A DNA stretch of 60,000 bases from the NCBI GenBank assembly GCA_030390025.1, contig CM059432.1, positions 55,802,001-55,862,000 of the forward strand. Reading direction: 5' to 3'. Position 1 is the stretch's first letter; each line of letters begins with the position of its first letter. Source of the stretch: Squalus acanthias (lineage: Eukaryota). The notes beneath the pieces were generated by a model. That model was given only the letters and a program-made list of their open reading frames with translations. It was not told the origin of the DNA and did no database searches. Positions 1-13,043 of this stretch are shown piece after piece. Made by a program: the position numbers and the translations under genes.

Positions 1-653
1 TTTGCCATCAGAATTTTTTTATCACAACAAGCAACTGGTGGCATTTCAAAAATAAACACAACATAACACCCAAGTGACTACCCTTGTGACTACTTGTGCA
101 TTATCTTCCTCTTACGCATGCTCCTACGTGGTGCTTCCCCTGTGGCTTCAGCAGATGTGGAGGCCCCTTGCTCACTTTCTTGCTGCTCCTGTCTCGACAC
201 CTTTGGCAGCCGTCCTCTGGGGTTGCGAACCTGTGAGGGCTCGGCAACAGTCTGCTGCTCCTGCGGCTGTGCAGGGGATGAGATGCCCATCTCAGTTGGG
301 TGAGGACTCTGGTGGGGCTCTGACCGAGGGCTTTGCAGTGGCATGGTCGTTTGAGCGCTTCGAGAGGAGCCCCCACTTCCTTGTTGTCTGCCACCAACAT
401 CCCTCTCATGGGTCAGCCCCACTTCAGAGCTAGCAAGTGGCTTGACAGCACCTTGCTGCACTTCAGGGGGGCCATGAGGACCTGTTTCTGCACTGGAAGT
501 CCTACTCCAGAGGACTTCCATGAAGGTCTGGTTTCTATGCTCAGTAGCTGACCATCGCTCCTCAAGAGATACCAGTCTATTCTGAACAATGGCCATGTTT
601 TCTACACTCTGGCGACTTAGCTCCTCCATGGCGTTGCCATCCTCTCCTCTAAT

Positions 654-3600
654 AGAAACATAGAAACATAGAAGATAGGAGCAGAAGTAGGCCATTCAGC
701 CCCTCGAGCCTGTTCTGCCATTTAATGAGATCATGGCTGATCATCCAAATTCAGTACCCTGTCCCTGCTTTCTCCCCATATCCCTTGATCCCTTTAGCCT
801 TAAGAAATATATCTAACTCCTTCTTGAATATATTTAATGAATTGGCCTCAACTGCCTTCTGTGGTAGAGAATTCCACAGGTTCACCACTCTCTGGGTGAA
901 GAAATTCCTCCTCATCTCAGTCCTAAATGGCTTACCCCTTATCCTTAGACTGTGACCCCTGGTTCTAGACTCCCCCGCCATCGGGAACATCCTTCCTGCA
1001 TCTAGTCTGTCTAGTCCTGTTAGAATTTTATAAGTTTCAATGAGATCCCCTCTCGTTCTTTGAAACTCTAGCGAATATAAGCCTAATCGACTCAATCTCT
1101 CCTCATACGTCATTCCTGCCATCCCAGGTATCAGTCTGGTGAATCTTCGCTGCACTCCCTCCATGGCAAGAACATCCTTCCTCAGATAAGGTGACCAAAA
1201 CTGCACACAATACTCAAGGTGTGGTCTCACCAAGGCCCTGTACAACTGCAGCAAGACATCCTTACTCCTGTACTCGAATCCTCTCGCTATGAAGGCCAAC
1301 ATACCATTTGCCTTCTGAACCGCCTGCTGCACCTACATGCTTACCTTCAGCGACTGGTGCACAAGGACACCTACTTCCCATTTTCCCAATCTATTGCCGT
1401 TCAGATAATAATCTGTCTTCCTGTTTTTGCCACCGAAGTGGATAACCTCGCATTTATCCACATTATACTGCATTTGCCATGCATCTGCCCAATCACCCAA
1501 CCTGTCCAAATCATACTGGAGTTTGTCTGCATCCTCCTCACAGCACACACGCCCACCCAGCTTTGTGTCGTCTGCAAACTTGGAGATATTACATCTAGTT
1601 CCCTCGTCTAGATCATTTATATATATTGTGAATAGCTGGGGTCCTAGCACCGATCCCTGCGGTACCCCACTAGTCACTGCCTGCCACTCGGAAAAAGACC
1701 CGTTTATTCCAACTCTTTGCTTCCTGTCTACCAACCAGTTCTCTATCCAAGACAGTACCTTACCCCCAATCCCGTGTGCTTTAACTTTGCACGCTAATCT
1801 CTTATGCGGGACCTTATCGAAAGCCTTCTGAAAGTCCAAATACACCACATCCACTGGTTCTCCCTTATCTATTCTACCAGTTACATCCTCAAAAAATTCC
1901 AGTAGATTAGTCAAGCATGATTTCCCTTTTGTAAATCCATGTTGACTTTGTCCGATCCTGTCACTGTTTTCCAAGTGCTCTGCTATTACATCTTTTATAA
2001 TGGACTCTAGCATTTTCCCCACTACCGATGTCAGACTTACCAGTCTATAATTCCCCATTTTCTCTCTACCACCTTTTTTAAATAGTGGGGTTACATTAGC
2101 TATCCTCCAATCCATGGGAACTGTTCCAGAGTCTATAGAATTCTGGAAGATGACCAGCAATGCATCTACTATTTCTAGGGCCACTTCCTTAAGTACCCTA
2201 GGATGTAGATTATCAGGCCCTGGGGATTTATCGGCCTTCAATCCCGTCAATTTCCCTAACACCATTTCCCTACAAATACTGATTTCATTCAATTCCTCCC
2301 TCTCATTTGACCTTATGTTCCCTGACATCTCTGGGAGGTTATTTGTGTCCTCCTTTGTGAAGACAGAACCAAAGTATGTATTTAATTGGTCTGCCATTTC
2401 TTTGTTCCCCATTATAATTTGCCCTGATTCTGACTGCAAGGGATCTACACTTGACTTCACCAATCTTTTTCTCTTCACATATCTATAGAAGCTTTTACAG
2501 TCAGTTTTTATGTTCCCTGCAAGCTTACTCTCATAATCTATTTCCCCCCCTCTTAATTAAACCCTTTGTCCTCCTTTGCTGAATCCTAAACTGCTCCCAA
2601 TCCTCAGGTTTGCTGCTTTTTCTGGCCAAATTATATGTCCTCTCCTTGGATCTTATGCTATCCCTAATTTCCCTTGTTAGCCACGGTTGAGTCACCTTTT
2701 TTGTTTTATTTTTATGCCAAACAGGGATGAACAAATTCTGTAGTTCATCCATGCGATCTTTAAATGTTTGCCATTGCCTATCCACCGTCAACCCTTTAAG
2801 CAATGTTCCCCAATCCATCCTAGCCAACTCGTGCCTCATACCATCGTAGTTTCCTTTATTTAAATTCAGGACTCTAGTCTCTGAGTCAACTACTTCACTC
2901 TCCATTTTAATGAAGAATTCTATCATATTATGATCGCTCCTCCCCAAGGGGCCTCGCACAACAAGATTGCTAATGAATCCTTTCTCATTACATAATACCC
3001 AGTCTAAGATGGCCTGATCTCCAGTTGGTTCCTCGACATATTGGTCCAGGAAACCATCCTGTATACACTCTAGGAATTCCTCCACCACAGTATTGTTACT
3101 AATTTGGTTAGCCCAATCTATATGTAGATTAAAGTCACCCATGATAACTGCTGTGCCCTTATTGCACGCGTCTCTAATTTCCCATTTAATGCCATCCCCA
3201 ACCTCAGCATTACTGTTTGGGGGTCTGTATACAACTCCCACTAACGTTTTCTGCCCCTTGGTATTTCTCAGCTCTGCCCATACAGATTCCACATCATCAG
3301 AGCTAATATCCTTCCTTACTATTGTGTTAATTTCCTCTTTAACCAGCAATGCTACCCTACCTCCTTTTCCTTTTTTCCTGTCCTTCCTGAATATTGAATA
3401 CCCCTGGATGTTGAAGTCCCAGACTTGGTCATCCTGGAGCCATGTCTCCGTAATCCCAATTATATCATATCCGTTTACATCTATTTGCGCAGTTAATTCA
3501 TCCACCTTATTACGAATGCTCCTCGCATTAAGACACAAAGGGGTAAAAATTGAGTCGCGCCCCATTTGGGGCGCTAACCTCGCCGGGGCGCTACTTTTAG

Positions 3601-4482
3601 CGCCCCGAAAAAATTAGCGGCCCCGCGCCGGAACTTCAGTGGTTGCGCCCCAAGAGGGAAGCGGGGCGCCACTGGAAGCACCCCGCATCCCTCTTGGGGC
3701 GCTGCGAGGGAATATCCTGGCGCTACGTGCCGCAGCGCCACGCGCTGCGGCACGTCGCGCCGCGGTATTGCAGGCCTTCCTCCCCTTCTTAAAGGGGAGG
3801 GACCCTGCGCAGCGCGAACTGGGGCCCAGCTGGGCCCCCAGGGATCGGGAGTGCCGGCAAAAGAGCCGGCACTCAAGAGAAGTGCCGGGCTCTTGGAGCG
3901 CAGCCGGCACTTCACGGTGGGGGGGCTTCACGGGGGCCGGGGACAGCAACGGGGGCAGGTGCTGGCAGGCGGCCAGCAACAAAAATGGCCGCCTGCCACC
4001 TCCCCTTTAAATATCGCCGCCCCGGCCGCACGTACGCCTCCCTGAACCCGTCGGACATAGCGTCTGGCGGTAAATCAGGGGGCGCGACTGAAGATCGCGG
4101 CTGGAGCGCGAGCGGGGTGCTGCGCACGGCGATGACGTCATCGCCGGCGGCGCAGCGCCACAGGGCGCTACCGGCTGGCGCCGCCGCTAACCTCCCGCTG
4201 AATTTTTCGGGAGGCGTGGGCGGCGCTGCGCCCGGGCGTTAGCTGCTTTACGCCCCATTAGCGCCCTCTTAAGGCGCTAACGGGAGGCGCAAGCAGCTGA
4301 ATTTTTCCCCCAAAGCCTTCAGGCTTGATTTTTTAACACTCTTAGTCCTTTTAGAATTATTATTTACTGTGGCCCTGTTTGATTTACACCCTTGATTTCT
4401 CTGCCTTCCACTTTTGCTTTTCTCCTTCCTGTCTTTTGTTTCTATCCTTGCTTTCCTTTCCTCTGTCTCCCTGCACAGGTTC
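654..4482 (-). mobile_element. CR1 LINE, ORF2 (APE endonuclease + RT) with frameshifts, 5'-truncated
   Basis: LNARSI, ITETWL, GDFN and SDH endonuclease motifs; GVPQGSVLGP and FADD RT motifs; short tandem-repeat 3' tail (TAGAAACA on + strand) at ~654-670. Confidence 0.95.
3540..4311. mobile_element. Non-autonomous Harbinger MITE (772 bp) inserted in CR1
   Basis: TIRs GGGGTAAAAATT / AATTTTTCCCCC and AAA TSD (3537-3539, 4312-4314). Ends closely match the 17949-24869 element. Very CpG-rich. Confidence 0.92.
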
Positions 4483-6146
4483 TACTGTAGCCATCCTTTC
4501 CACGGAGGTTGCCATCCTTTCCGTGGTGATGCATTCATGCGCCAATGCCTCCACAAAGGCTCTGCTCATGTTCGCGATGGACTCCTCCATTCGCTCGACA
4601 CCTGCAGCAACCCTGGAGACAAAACCTGCCAGAGACTCCTGCACCTGTTCCTGGAGTTCCAGCACCGCTCTCGTTCTGGATGGACCCGGAGGCACAGGGT
4701 CGACATGCAGCTGAGCCGAGCTGGCAGAGTCCTGCGCCCTCCGACGAGGACTCTCCACCACTGTCCCTGTCTCCACCATCTGCTGATGCTCACTTGTGAG
4801 CTGTGATACACCAGGTGCCAACACTACTCTATCTCGCGAAGGTCCCACCGAGGTGTGAGTGTCTGCGCTGGTGCTGGGTGCGCTGAATTCTGCTGAGGCT
4901 GCGCCCTCAGAGGTTGCAGCTTCCTCTGAGGAGTCTGGAAGCTCAGGCTCTTCCCCCTGGACAGTGGGGACAGGGGCTTTCGATGGTCCTGTGGGGGAGT
5001 AAAGGAAAGAGTTAGAGATGTGAGGTCAAGGTTACATGAACATTGAATAGTGCAGATGATCATAAGTCAATCTGTTAGAGCATCAGATTCATTATCAGTG
5101 ACTCATGCAATGTCAATGAGAGAGATGCCAAACTTTTCTGTCACCAGCTTGCTGCGATGCGCCCATCTGTCCGTCCCCCACTTGGGAATCCTCCTCGATC
5201 CCAGCGTTTTCCAGGGCTGCCTCCTCCCAGGCGGTGAGCTGGGCTACTGGGGGTGGCCCTCCTCCTGTCATGGCTCTTTCCCTCTTATTGTGGGGTCTCT
5301 TTTCCTGCAATGAGGGACACAAGTGGAGTTTGAGTGAGAATGAAGGAGTGAGTGTAGATAATCCATAGCATAGATGCTTAGAAGGATACAAAGGACCATC
5401 CCTGTGTGTTGAAAGTTGTTGTTGTCATGGCATCACAGTGATAGGGAGTGTGAGGGCTGCATGGTCGAATAGTTAAGTGAATGTGACCTTCGAGAGAGAG
5501 GGAATGGGTAAGGGTGCAGGCATGTAAGTGTCAAGTGCCATGTGGAGGAAGAGGTTGGCAAAGCAGAGTGCTGGTGAGGAGAGGCGATGGGGATCAGATT
5601 GAGGGTGATGGGAAAGTCATACTCACTTTTCCTGTGCGGAGAAGATCATGAAACCTCTTCCTGCATTGCAGCCAGGTTCTGCAGCTCAGCGAAATGGAGT
5701 TGACCTCCTGGGCCACTTGCAGCCACACAGCTTTTGTCTGCTGGGGTGGCTTTTTTCTCCCTGAGGAAGGGAACAGCACCTCCTTATTACATCTGGCTCC
5801 ATGCACCAGAGCTTGGAGGGAGGGCTCATCAAACCTAGGGGCACACTTTTGCTTGATTGTGGACATTGTCGGGAAATCAACACCTTCATACAATTTGCAG
5901 AGCCTTTGCAGTCTCCAGAGGAAGCAAGGCTGCTTGCAGGTCTTAAATCCAGCAGCATTGATGACGTCATCGGAGGCGACTTTCTGTATGAAAAGACTCA
6001 TTGGGCCAGGTGTTCCCACACGCAGGAAATCAATTGCCTAATTAGGGGAAAATCCCACTTTTTCAGCACTTCACTTAGGAGTCGGGGTCCTGACACGATT
6101 TCCACCAGACACGCCCCAGCCCGCCCACACTGACAAAATCCAGCCC

Positions 6147-7228
6147 AAAGTATTTGTTTAATTTCTCGGCCATTTCCTTATTCCCCATTATAATTTCTTC
6201 TGTTTCAGCCTGAAAGGGACCCACATTTACTTTCGCTAATCTTTTCCTTTTTACATATCTATAGAAGCTTTTACAGTCTGTTTTATGTCTCTCGCTAGTT
6301 TACTCTCACATTCTATTTTCCCTTTCTTTCTCAATTTCTTGGTCGTCCTTTGCTGAATTCTAAAATCCTCCCAATCCTCAGGCTTACTACACTTTTTGGC
6401 AGCATTATAAGCCTCTTCCTTTGATCTAATACTATCTTTAACTTCTCTTGTTAGCCACGGTTGGACCACTTTTCCTGTGGGGTTTTTGTGCCTTAAAGGA
6501 ATGTATATTTGTTGTAAATTATGTATTAATTCTTTAAATGCTAGCCATTGCTCGTTCACTGTCATACGTTTTAATGTAGTTTCCCAGTCTACCTTAGCCA
6601 ACTCGCCCCTCATACCTATGTAGTTTGCTTTGTTTAGATTTAAGACCCTAGTTTCGGATTTAACTAAGTCACTTTCAAACTCAATATAAAATTCTATCAT
6701 ATTATGGTCACTCTTCCTGAAAGGCCCCTTTACTACAAGGTTATTAATTAACCCTTTCTCGTTGCACAATACTAGATCTAAAATAGCCTGTTCCCTAGTT
6801 GGTTCCTCAACATACTGATCTAGAAAACTACCTTGCATACATTCCATGAATTTCTCCTCCACACTATTACTGCAAATTTGTTTGCCCAGTCTATATGTAA
6901 ATTAAAGTCCCCCATGATTACTGTATTACCCTTGTTACATGCACCTCTAATTTCCTAATTTATACTCTGCCCTACATTATAACTAATGTTTGGGGGCCTA
7001 TAAACAATTCCCACCAATGTTTTCTGCCCCTTGCTGTTTCTTAGCTCCACCCAAACTGATTCTACTTCTTGATTTTCGGAGCTAAGATACTTTCTCTCTA
7101 CTGTCTTTATCCCATCCTTTATTATCAGGGCTATCCCTCCTTTTCCATTTTGCCTATCCCTTCTAAAAGTTATGTATCCTGGAATATTTAGTTCCCAACC
7201 TTGGCCACTTTGCAATCACGTCTCCGTA
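6147..7228 (-). mobile_element. CR1 LINE ORF2 fragment (APE and linker), cut by the Harbinger at 6146
   Basis: ORFs 6251-6862 and 6955-7215 are CR1 ORF2 peptides (VYRPPN, EPTREQAILDLV). Confidence 0.9.
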
Positions 7229-7293
7229 GCATTGTGGTTATGTTACTGGACTAGTAATCCAGAGGCTTGGACATGAGTTGAAATCCCACCATG
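7229..7293 (+). mobile_element. Short tRNA-like SINE head fragment
   Basis: TAGCATTGTGG (A-box-like) and GAGTTGAAATCCC (B-box-like). Confidence 0.4.
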
Positions 7294-9282
7294 GATGACT
7301 AAAGAGGTAAGGGACAGCATAAAACTAAAAGAAAAAGCATACAAAAATAGCACAGATCCTGGCGAATGGGAAAGATACTAAGAACAGCAAAGGGTCACAA
7401 AATAGATAGTAAGAGCTACAAAAAGGGAGTATGAAAAAAAACTTGCAAGGGATATCAAAATTAATAAAGAATTTTTATAATTACATTAGGAAAAAGAGGG
7501 TAGTTAGGAGCAATGTTAGCCCCTTAAAAACTGAAAGCGGTGATATTGTCAATGATAATAAGGAAATGTTGAATAATTATTTTGCGTCAGTGTTTACAGC
7601 AGAAGAAGAGGATAGCATGCCGGAAATCCCAAGGAAACTAATATTGAATCGGGGACAGGAACTCAATAAAATTAACGTAAATAAAATAACAGTAATGAAG
7701 AAAATAATGGCAATAAAAGAGTGACAAATCCCCAGGACCAGATGGTTTCCATCCCAGGGATTTAAAGGAAGTAGGTAAGCACATGGCAGATGCCCTAACT
7801 ATAACCTTCGAAAGTTCTCTAGAATCAGAACCGTTCCTTTAGATTGGAAAATTGTGCATGTCACTCCGCTATTTAAGAGTGGTGAGAGAGGGAAAGCAGG
7901 GAATTATAGACCAGTTAGCCTGAAATCTGTTGTCGGGAAATTGCTAGAGTCTACAATTAAGGAGAGGGTGACTGAACACATCGAAAATTTTCAGCTGATC
8001 AGAGAGAGCCAGCATGGCAGGTCATGCCTGACAAACCTGATTGAATTTTTTGAAGAGGTGACTAAAGTAGTGGACAGGGGAATGTCTATGGATGTTATTT
8101 ATATGGATTTCCAGAAAGCATTTGATAAAGTCCCACATAAGAGACTGTTCTCCAAGGCAGAAGCCCACGGAATTGAGGGTAAATTATTGATCTGGTTAGG
8201 AAATTGGCTGAGCGGCAGGAGACAGAGAGTAGGGATAATGGGTAGGTACTCAAATTGGCAGGATGTAACTAGTGGTGTCCTGCAGGGATCTGTGTTGGGC
8301 CCTCAACTATTCACAAAATTTATGAACGACTTAGATGAAGGCATAGAAAGTCATATATCCAAATTTGTCAATGACACAAAGATAGGTGGTATTGTAGGCA
8401 GTGTAGATGAAAGCATAAAATTGCAAAGAGATATTGATAGATTAAGTGAATGGGCAAAACTGTGGCAAATGGATTTCAATGTAAGCAAATGTGAGGTCAT
8501 CCACTTTGGACCTAAAAAGGATAGAACAGGGTACTTTCTAAATGATGAAAAGCTAAAATCAGTGGTGGTCTAAAGAGACTTGGGGGTCCAGGTACATAGA
8601 TCATTAAAATGTCATGAACAGGTACAGAAAATAATCAAAAAGGCTAATGGAATGCTGGCCTTTATATCTAGAGGACTAGAATACAAGGGCGTAGAAGTTA
8701 TGCTGCAGCTATACAAAACCCTGGTTAGACCACACCTGGAGTACTGTGGGCAGTTCTGGGCACCAAACCTTAGGAAGGATATATTGGCCTTTGAGGAAGT
8801 GCAGCGTAGGTTTACCAGAATGATACCCAGACTTCAAGGGTTACATTATGAGGAGAGACTACACAAACTAGGTTTGTATTCCCCTGAATTTAGAAGGTTA
8901 AGGGGTGATCTGATCGAAGTTTTCAAGATATTAAAGGGAACAGATAGGGTAGAAAGAGAGAAACTATTTGCACTGGTTGGGGATTCTAGAACTAGGGGGC
9001 ATAGTCTAAAAATTAGAGCCAGACCTTTCAGGAGTGAAATTAGGAAACACTTCTACACACAAAGGGTGGTAGAAGTTTGGATCTCTCTTCCGCAAATAGC
9101 AATTGATGCTGTCAATTGTTAATTTTAAATCTGAGATTGATAGATTTTTGTAAACCAAAGGTATTGAGGGATATAGGCGAAAGGCGGGTATATGGAGTTG
9201 GGTCACAGATCAGCCATGATCTCATTGAATGGTAGAACAGGCTCGTGGGGCTAAATGGCCTACTCCTGTTCCTATGTTCCTC
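7290..9282 (+). mobile_element. CR1 LINE, 3' half, degenerate
   Basis: RT ORFs 7854-8573 and 8580-9122; 3' UTR GGCCTACTCCTGTTCCTATGTTCC. Confidence 0.92.
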
Positions 9283-9562
9283 CTGTCCACCACCTGGACC
9301 AGGGTTGCCAAAGCAGAATCAGAGAATCTGGGGGCCAGATCTGCAAGTCCTGTAGCCATTTCTGTCCTTCCAACTGTTTACCTGCTGTCTGCAGCCAGAG
9401 TGCACCACCCTTTAAGAGGTGTTGGCTGCCTTTAAGTGGCGTCAGCGCCGGCTGCCCGCTAGAATCATTTTACCATCATGAATTTAACATGCTATCTGGG
9501 ACCATGTGAACAGGCATGTGCAGTGCATGTCTGTTTTTGGACACAATCGAATTTCTAGGCCC
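9283..9562 (-). mobile_element. Harbinger terminal remnant with the start of a Myb exon
   Basis: End reads GGGCCTAGAAATTCG on - strand, flanked by TTA. The - strand peptide SDSALATLVQV resembles the N-terminus of the other Myb exons. Confidence 0.55.
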
Positions 9563-11403
9563 TTAAGTTAGGAGAGGAGAGGAAAATTGTGTGTAAGTCA
9601 AATTTAAAGTGATGGGGACATTTAAACGGGAATATCACAAGGAAAGGAACAAAAATTTAGAAAGCTTCTGGAGAGCATTAAAAGGCACCTCAGCCCAGCA
9701 GCATCTTTTGCCAAGGTGGCAGAACAGGATGAAAGGAAAGTGACTGGTAGGTGCAAGCATGAGACTGCAGACAAATGATGGTGCTGCTGCATGAGATGTT
9801 TGCGAGGACGGTTTTTATCTGTGCCACTGCACAGCACCATGCCATAGGTCAATACTGCAGCATGCCTGAAAGAAGTTGAAGCCAAGTTTCAGGTCACAGC
9901 AGAGCCTTGCAGTCCCTGCTCATGTGCAAGCTTTATGCTCCATGTTAGCTGTTGCCCTCCTTGCAGCAGTAGCAGAGGCAGAACTCAGCATCTCCCACTC
10001 TGCTGATTTTGTTTCCAGTGGGTTTGCTAAAGCCTGCAGAAATGGTTCGTGCATCTTGATAGGTGTGGCCAAAACAGGCAACATTGACTCTAGATTGCCT
10101 TGGTATGCTTTCTTTCAAACAACACCTTGTAAAGCATGACATACTATGATTTGGATGTTTCTGAAGAACCTTCCATCATAAGGGCTAGACAGGCATTCAC
10201 ATCTCATTGTGATGTCAACGGGGGTCTGTAGATGCAGCTGTCATTGGAAAGTTAAGCCTCCACCATTAACATCTACCAATATCAGATGTGTGCTTCTCCC
10301 TGCACATATTGGGGTGCAGGTGCAGGAGGGAGGCCACAGAGCACCTTGTGGGTAGCCTGATCTGCCAGGCATCCTTCTGCTGGTCCCTTTTTCCTCTGAA
10401 CAAGTCAACTTGAAGGATTACTGGTGGCAAGCCCTCTGGTGCAAATAAAGGGAGCTCAGGTCAAAATAAATAACAGCAACTGACAAAAAGGGCTAAAATT
10501 TCGGGGGCTTTACACCACCCGTTTCCGTCAAAATGTAGCGAAAAGAGGGTGGCCGCCGCTCTTTTGCCAGCTGGTGGCGGGTCCCGCTGCATCCGCCATT
10601 TACTGAAGCCCGGCAGCGCTGCCGCTAAGAGCAATGGCCCTGCAAATTTAAATTAGGGAGAGGTGACGCATGCCGACTTAACGTCACCTCGGCGAACTTC
10701 GACTTTAGTGCTGAGTTCAGCGCTGGGTCCTAAGCTTGCCATGAAAACCCAGTGTTCAGCAGACTCACAGAGGTGCTGTCAGCACCTCTTAAAGGGACAC
10801 ACACATCTTTCAGGTAAGTTTGCATTTAAGCTTTTGGACTGGATTTTTTTGATTTTATTGAAGTAGTAGCTTGTTGCAATACATGTTAAAAGTTTTTTAA
10901 GTGTGTAGGGTGTGCTGCTGGATGCTTGCAAGGCCTAGGATGGTAAAGGAAGGCCACTGAGAAGACAGAAAATGCTGTAAATACTCAGCAGGTCAGGCAA
11001 CATCCGTAGAGAGAGAAACAGAGTTCATGGCCGCGATTTCCCCAACCTCGGCAGGTTCATGACGGGCGATGTCGGTGGTGGGTCCTGGCCCCGCTGCTGG
11101 CTCCAGCCCGCTCTGCAGAATGATTTTATGATGATTGGGCTTGTTAAGCCCACCCAGCGCGTTTGCCGGCCAATTGAAGAAAGTGGGTCTGATGATGTCA
11201 TTTGATGACGTGTCATCAACCGGTTTCCTTAAAGGGACTATGCACAAATTGATTTTGACAGTTGTGCTGTCAGTGTTCTACAGCATTGAGGTGCTGCAAA
11301 CACTGACAAGCACTGCACAAAGGTACACGGCTGCACCCAGGCTTTCCCATGACTCCCTCCATATGCTTATGGAGGGAGTCACAGCATGCAGGGATGTTCT
11401 CTT

Positions 11404-12210
11404 AAACATAGAAACATAGAAGGTAGGAGCAGGAGTAGGCCATTTGGCCCCTCGAGCCTGCTCCGCCATTCAATGCGATCATGGCTGATCATCCAAATTC
11501 AGTACCCTGTCCCTGCTTTCTCCCCATATCCCTTGATCCCCTTAGCCTTAAGAAATATATCTAACTCCTTCTTGAATATATTTAATGAATTGGACTCAAC
11601 TGTCTTCTGTGGTAGAGAATTCCACAGGTTCACCACTTTCTGGGTGAAGAAATTCCTCCTCATCTCAGTCCTAAATGGCTTACCCCTTATATTTAGACTG
11701 TGACCCCTGGTTCTGGACTCCCCCGCCATCGGGAACATCCTTCCTGCATCTAGTCTGTCTAGTCCTGTTAGAATTTTATAAGTTTCAATGAGATCCCCTC
11801 TCATTCTTCGAAACTCTAGTGAATACAAGCCCAATCGACCCAATCTCTCTTCATACGTCATTCCTGCCATCCCAGGTATCAGTCTGGTGAATCTTCACTG
11901 CACTCCCTCCATGGCAAGAACATCCTTCCTCAGATAAGGTGACCAAAACTGCACACAATACTCAAGGTGTGGTCTCACCAAGGCCCTGTACAACTGCAGC
12001 AAGACATCCTTGCTCCTGTACTCGAATCCTCTCGCTATGAAGGCCAACATACCATTTGCCTTCTTAACCGCCTGCTGCACCTGCATGCTTACCTTCAGCG
12101 ACTGGTGCACAAGGATACCCAGGTCTCATTGCACTTCCCCTTTTCCCAATCTATTGCCGTTCAGATAATAATCTGCCTTCCTGTTTTTGCCACCAAAGTG
12201 GATAACCTCC
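11404..12210 (-). mobile_element. 5'-truncated CR1, same family as 654-4482
   Basis: Near-identical to 654-1450; C-terminal RT peptides and 3' tail present. Confidence 0.93.
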
Positions 12211-13043
12211 ACTGGGCGGAAGAGACCTCCCCAGGAGACCAACGCAGCCTGGTTGCACATTGCAGAGGAGGGCACAAGCAGGGATGTCGTCAGGAGGACC
12301 AGGCTGCAATGGCGCAAACCTTTCAATGATCTCAATAGATCAGAAATGTTACTGCAAAGCCACACTCAACCTCATCCTCCTGTGTCACTCATCACATCCC
12401 CATCACTCTGCCTTCCCTACCCTACTCCTGCACATCCTTACTCACACTAACTTACCTTGCACCTCTACTCATCCCTCTCTATCTACATTATCACTTCCCC
12501 ATCTCACTAGCCACCCCTCACACTCACCCTCATCCTAGTGTTGAAAATAAACTAACAACACACAAGGGTAGGCACTTGGGTGTTTTAGCCAATGTTCATG
12601 TAAAGTTTCTGTTAATGTGGTGTCAAACATTGAAACCTTTATTTTCAACACTTTGTGTTCTTGGACAGATTTGTGTGCACCTTTGGAAGTGGCTTAGTGA
12701 GTTGCAGTGAGACTTAACGGTACCTCCCGCAATGGTCATGAGTGTGAAAGGGAATGGCTTGGGCATTGTAGGGATGCTTTATGGTGTTGGTGTGGGGTAA
12801 TGCCAACCTGGTGCATTATGTGGCAGGCAGGGTGTACAGCGTCAAGTGAAGTAAATTTGGCCATGGTGGGGCCATCCCTGGCCTCCCAGGCAGCAATGTG
12901 GTCGGGTGCTGATGCTCTGTGTCCTCTGCAGCATCGGTTGATTGCGGAGAAGTTTGGTGTTATTGTTGGTGCTGCTGGTGTGCCTGGTGCTGCTGGTGTT
13001 GGGGCTGATCATGGTGGGATTCTGAGGACCAAAGTGAGGTAGT

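Larger units (their letters stand above)
90..5866 (-). pseudogene. Harbinger Myb/SANT-like DNA-binding protein gene, last exon split by a CR1 insertion
   Basis: Exon 1 5866-5627 (APRFDEPSLQALV...WLQVAQEV...WLQCRKRFHDL, donor GTGAGT). Exon 2 5304-5145 (ERAMTGGGPP). Exon 3 4988-~4483 resumes at ~652-90 and ends RRSMRKRKIMHK*. Confidence 0.8.
1..6146 (-). mobile_element. PIF/Harbinger DNA transposon, runs off the left edge of the window
   Basis: Terminus AAAATCCAGCCC at 6135-6146 (reverse complement GGGCTGGATTTT) abuts an interrupted CR1 ORF2. Carries a spliced Myb/SANT gene on the - strand. Confidence 0.8.

Noticed and set aside
3574..4242. Several overlapping Ala/Arg/Gly/Pro-rich ORFs
   Set aside because: By-product of high GC content in the MITE; no recognisable domain.
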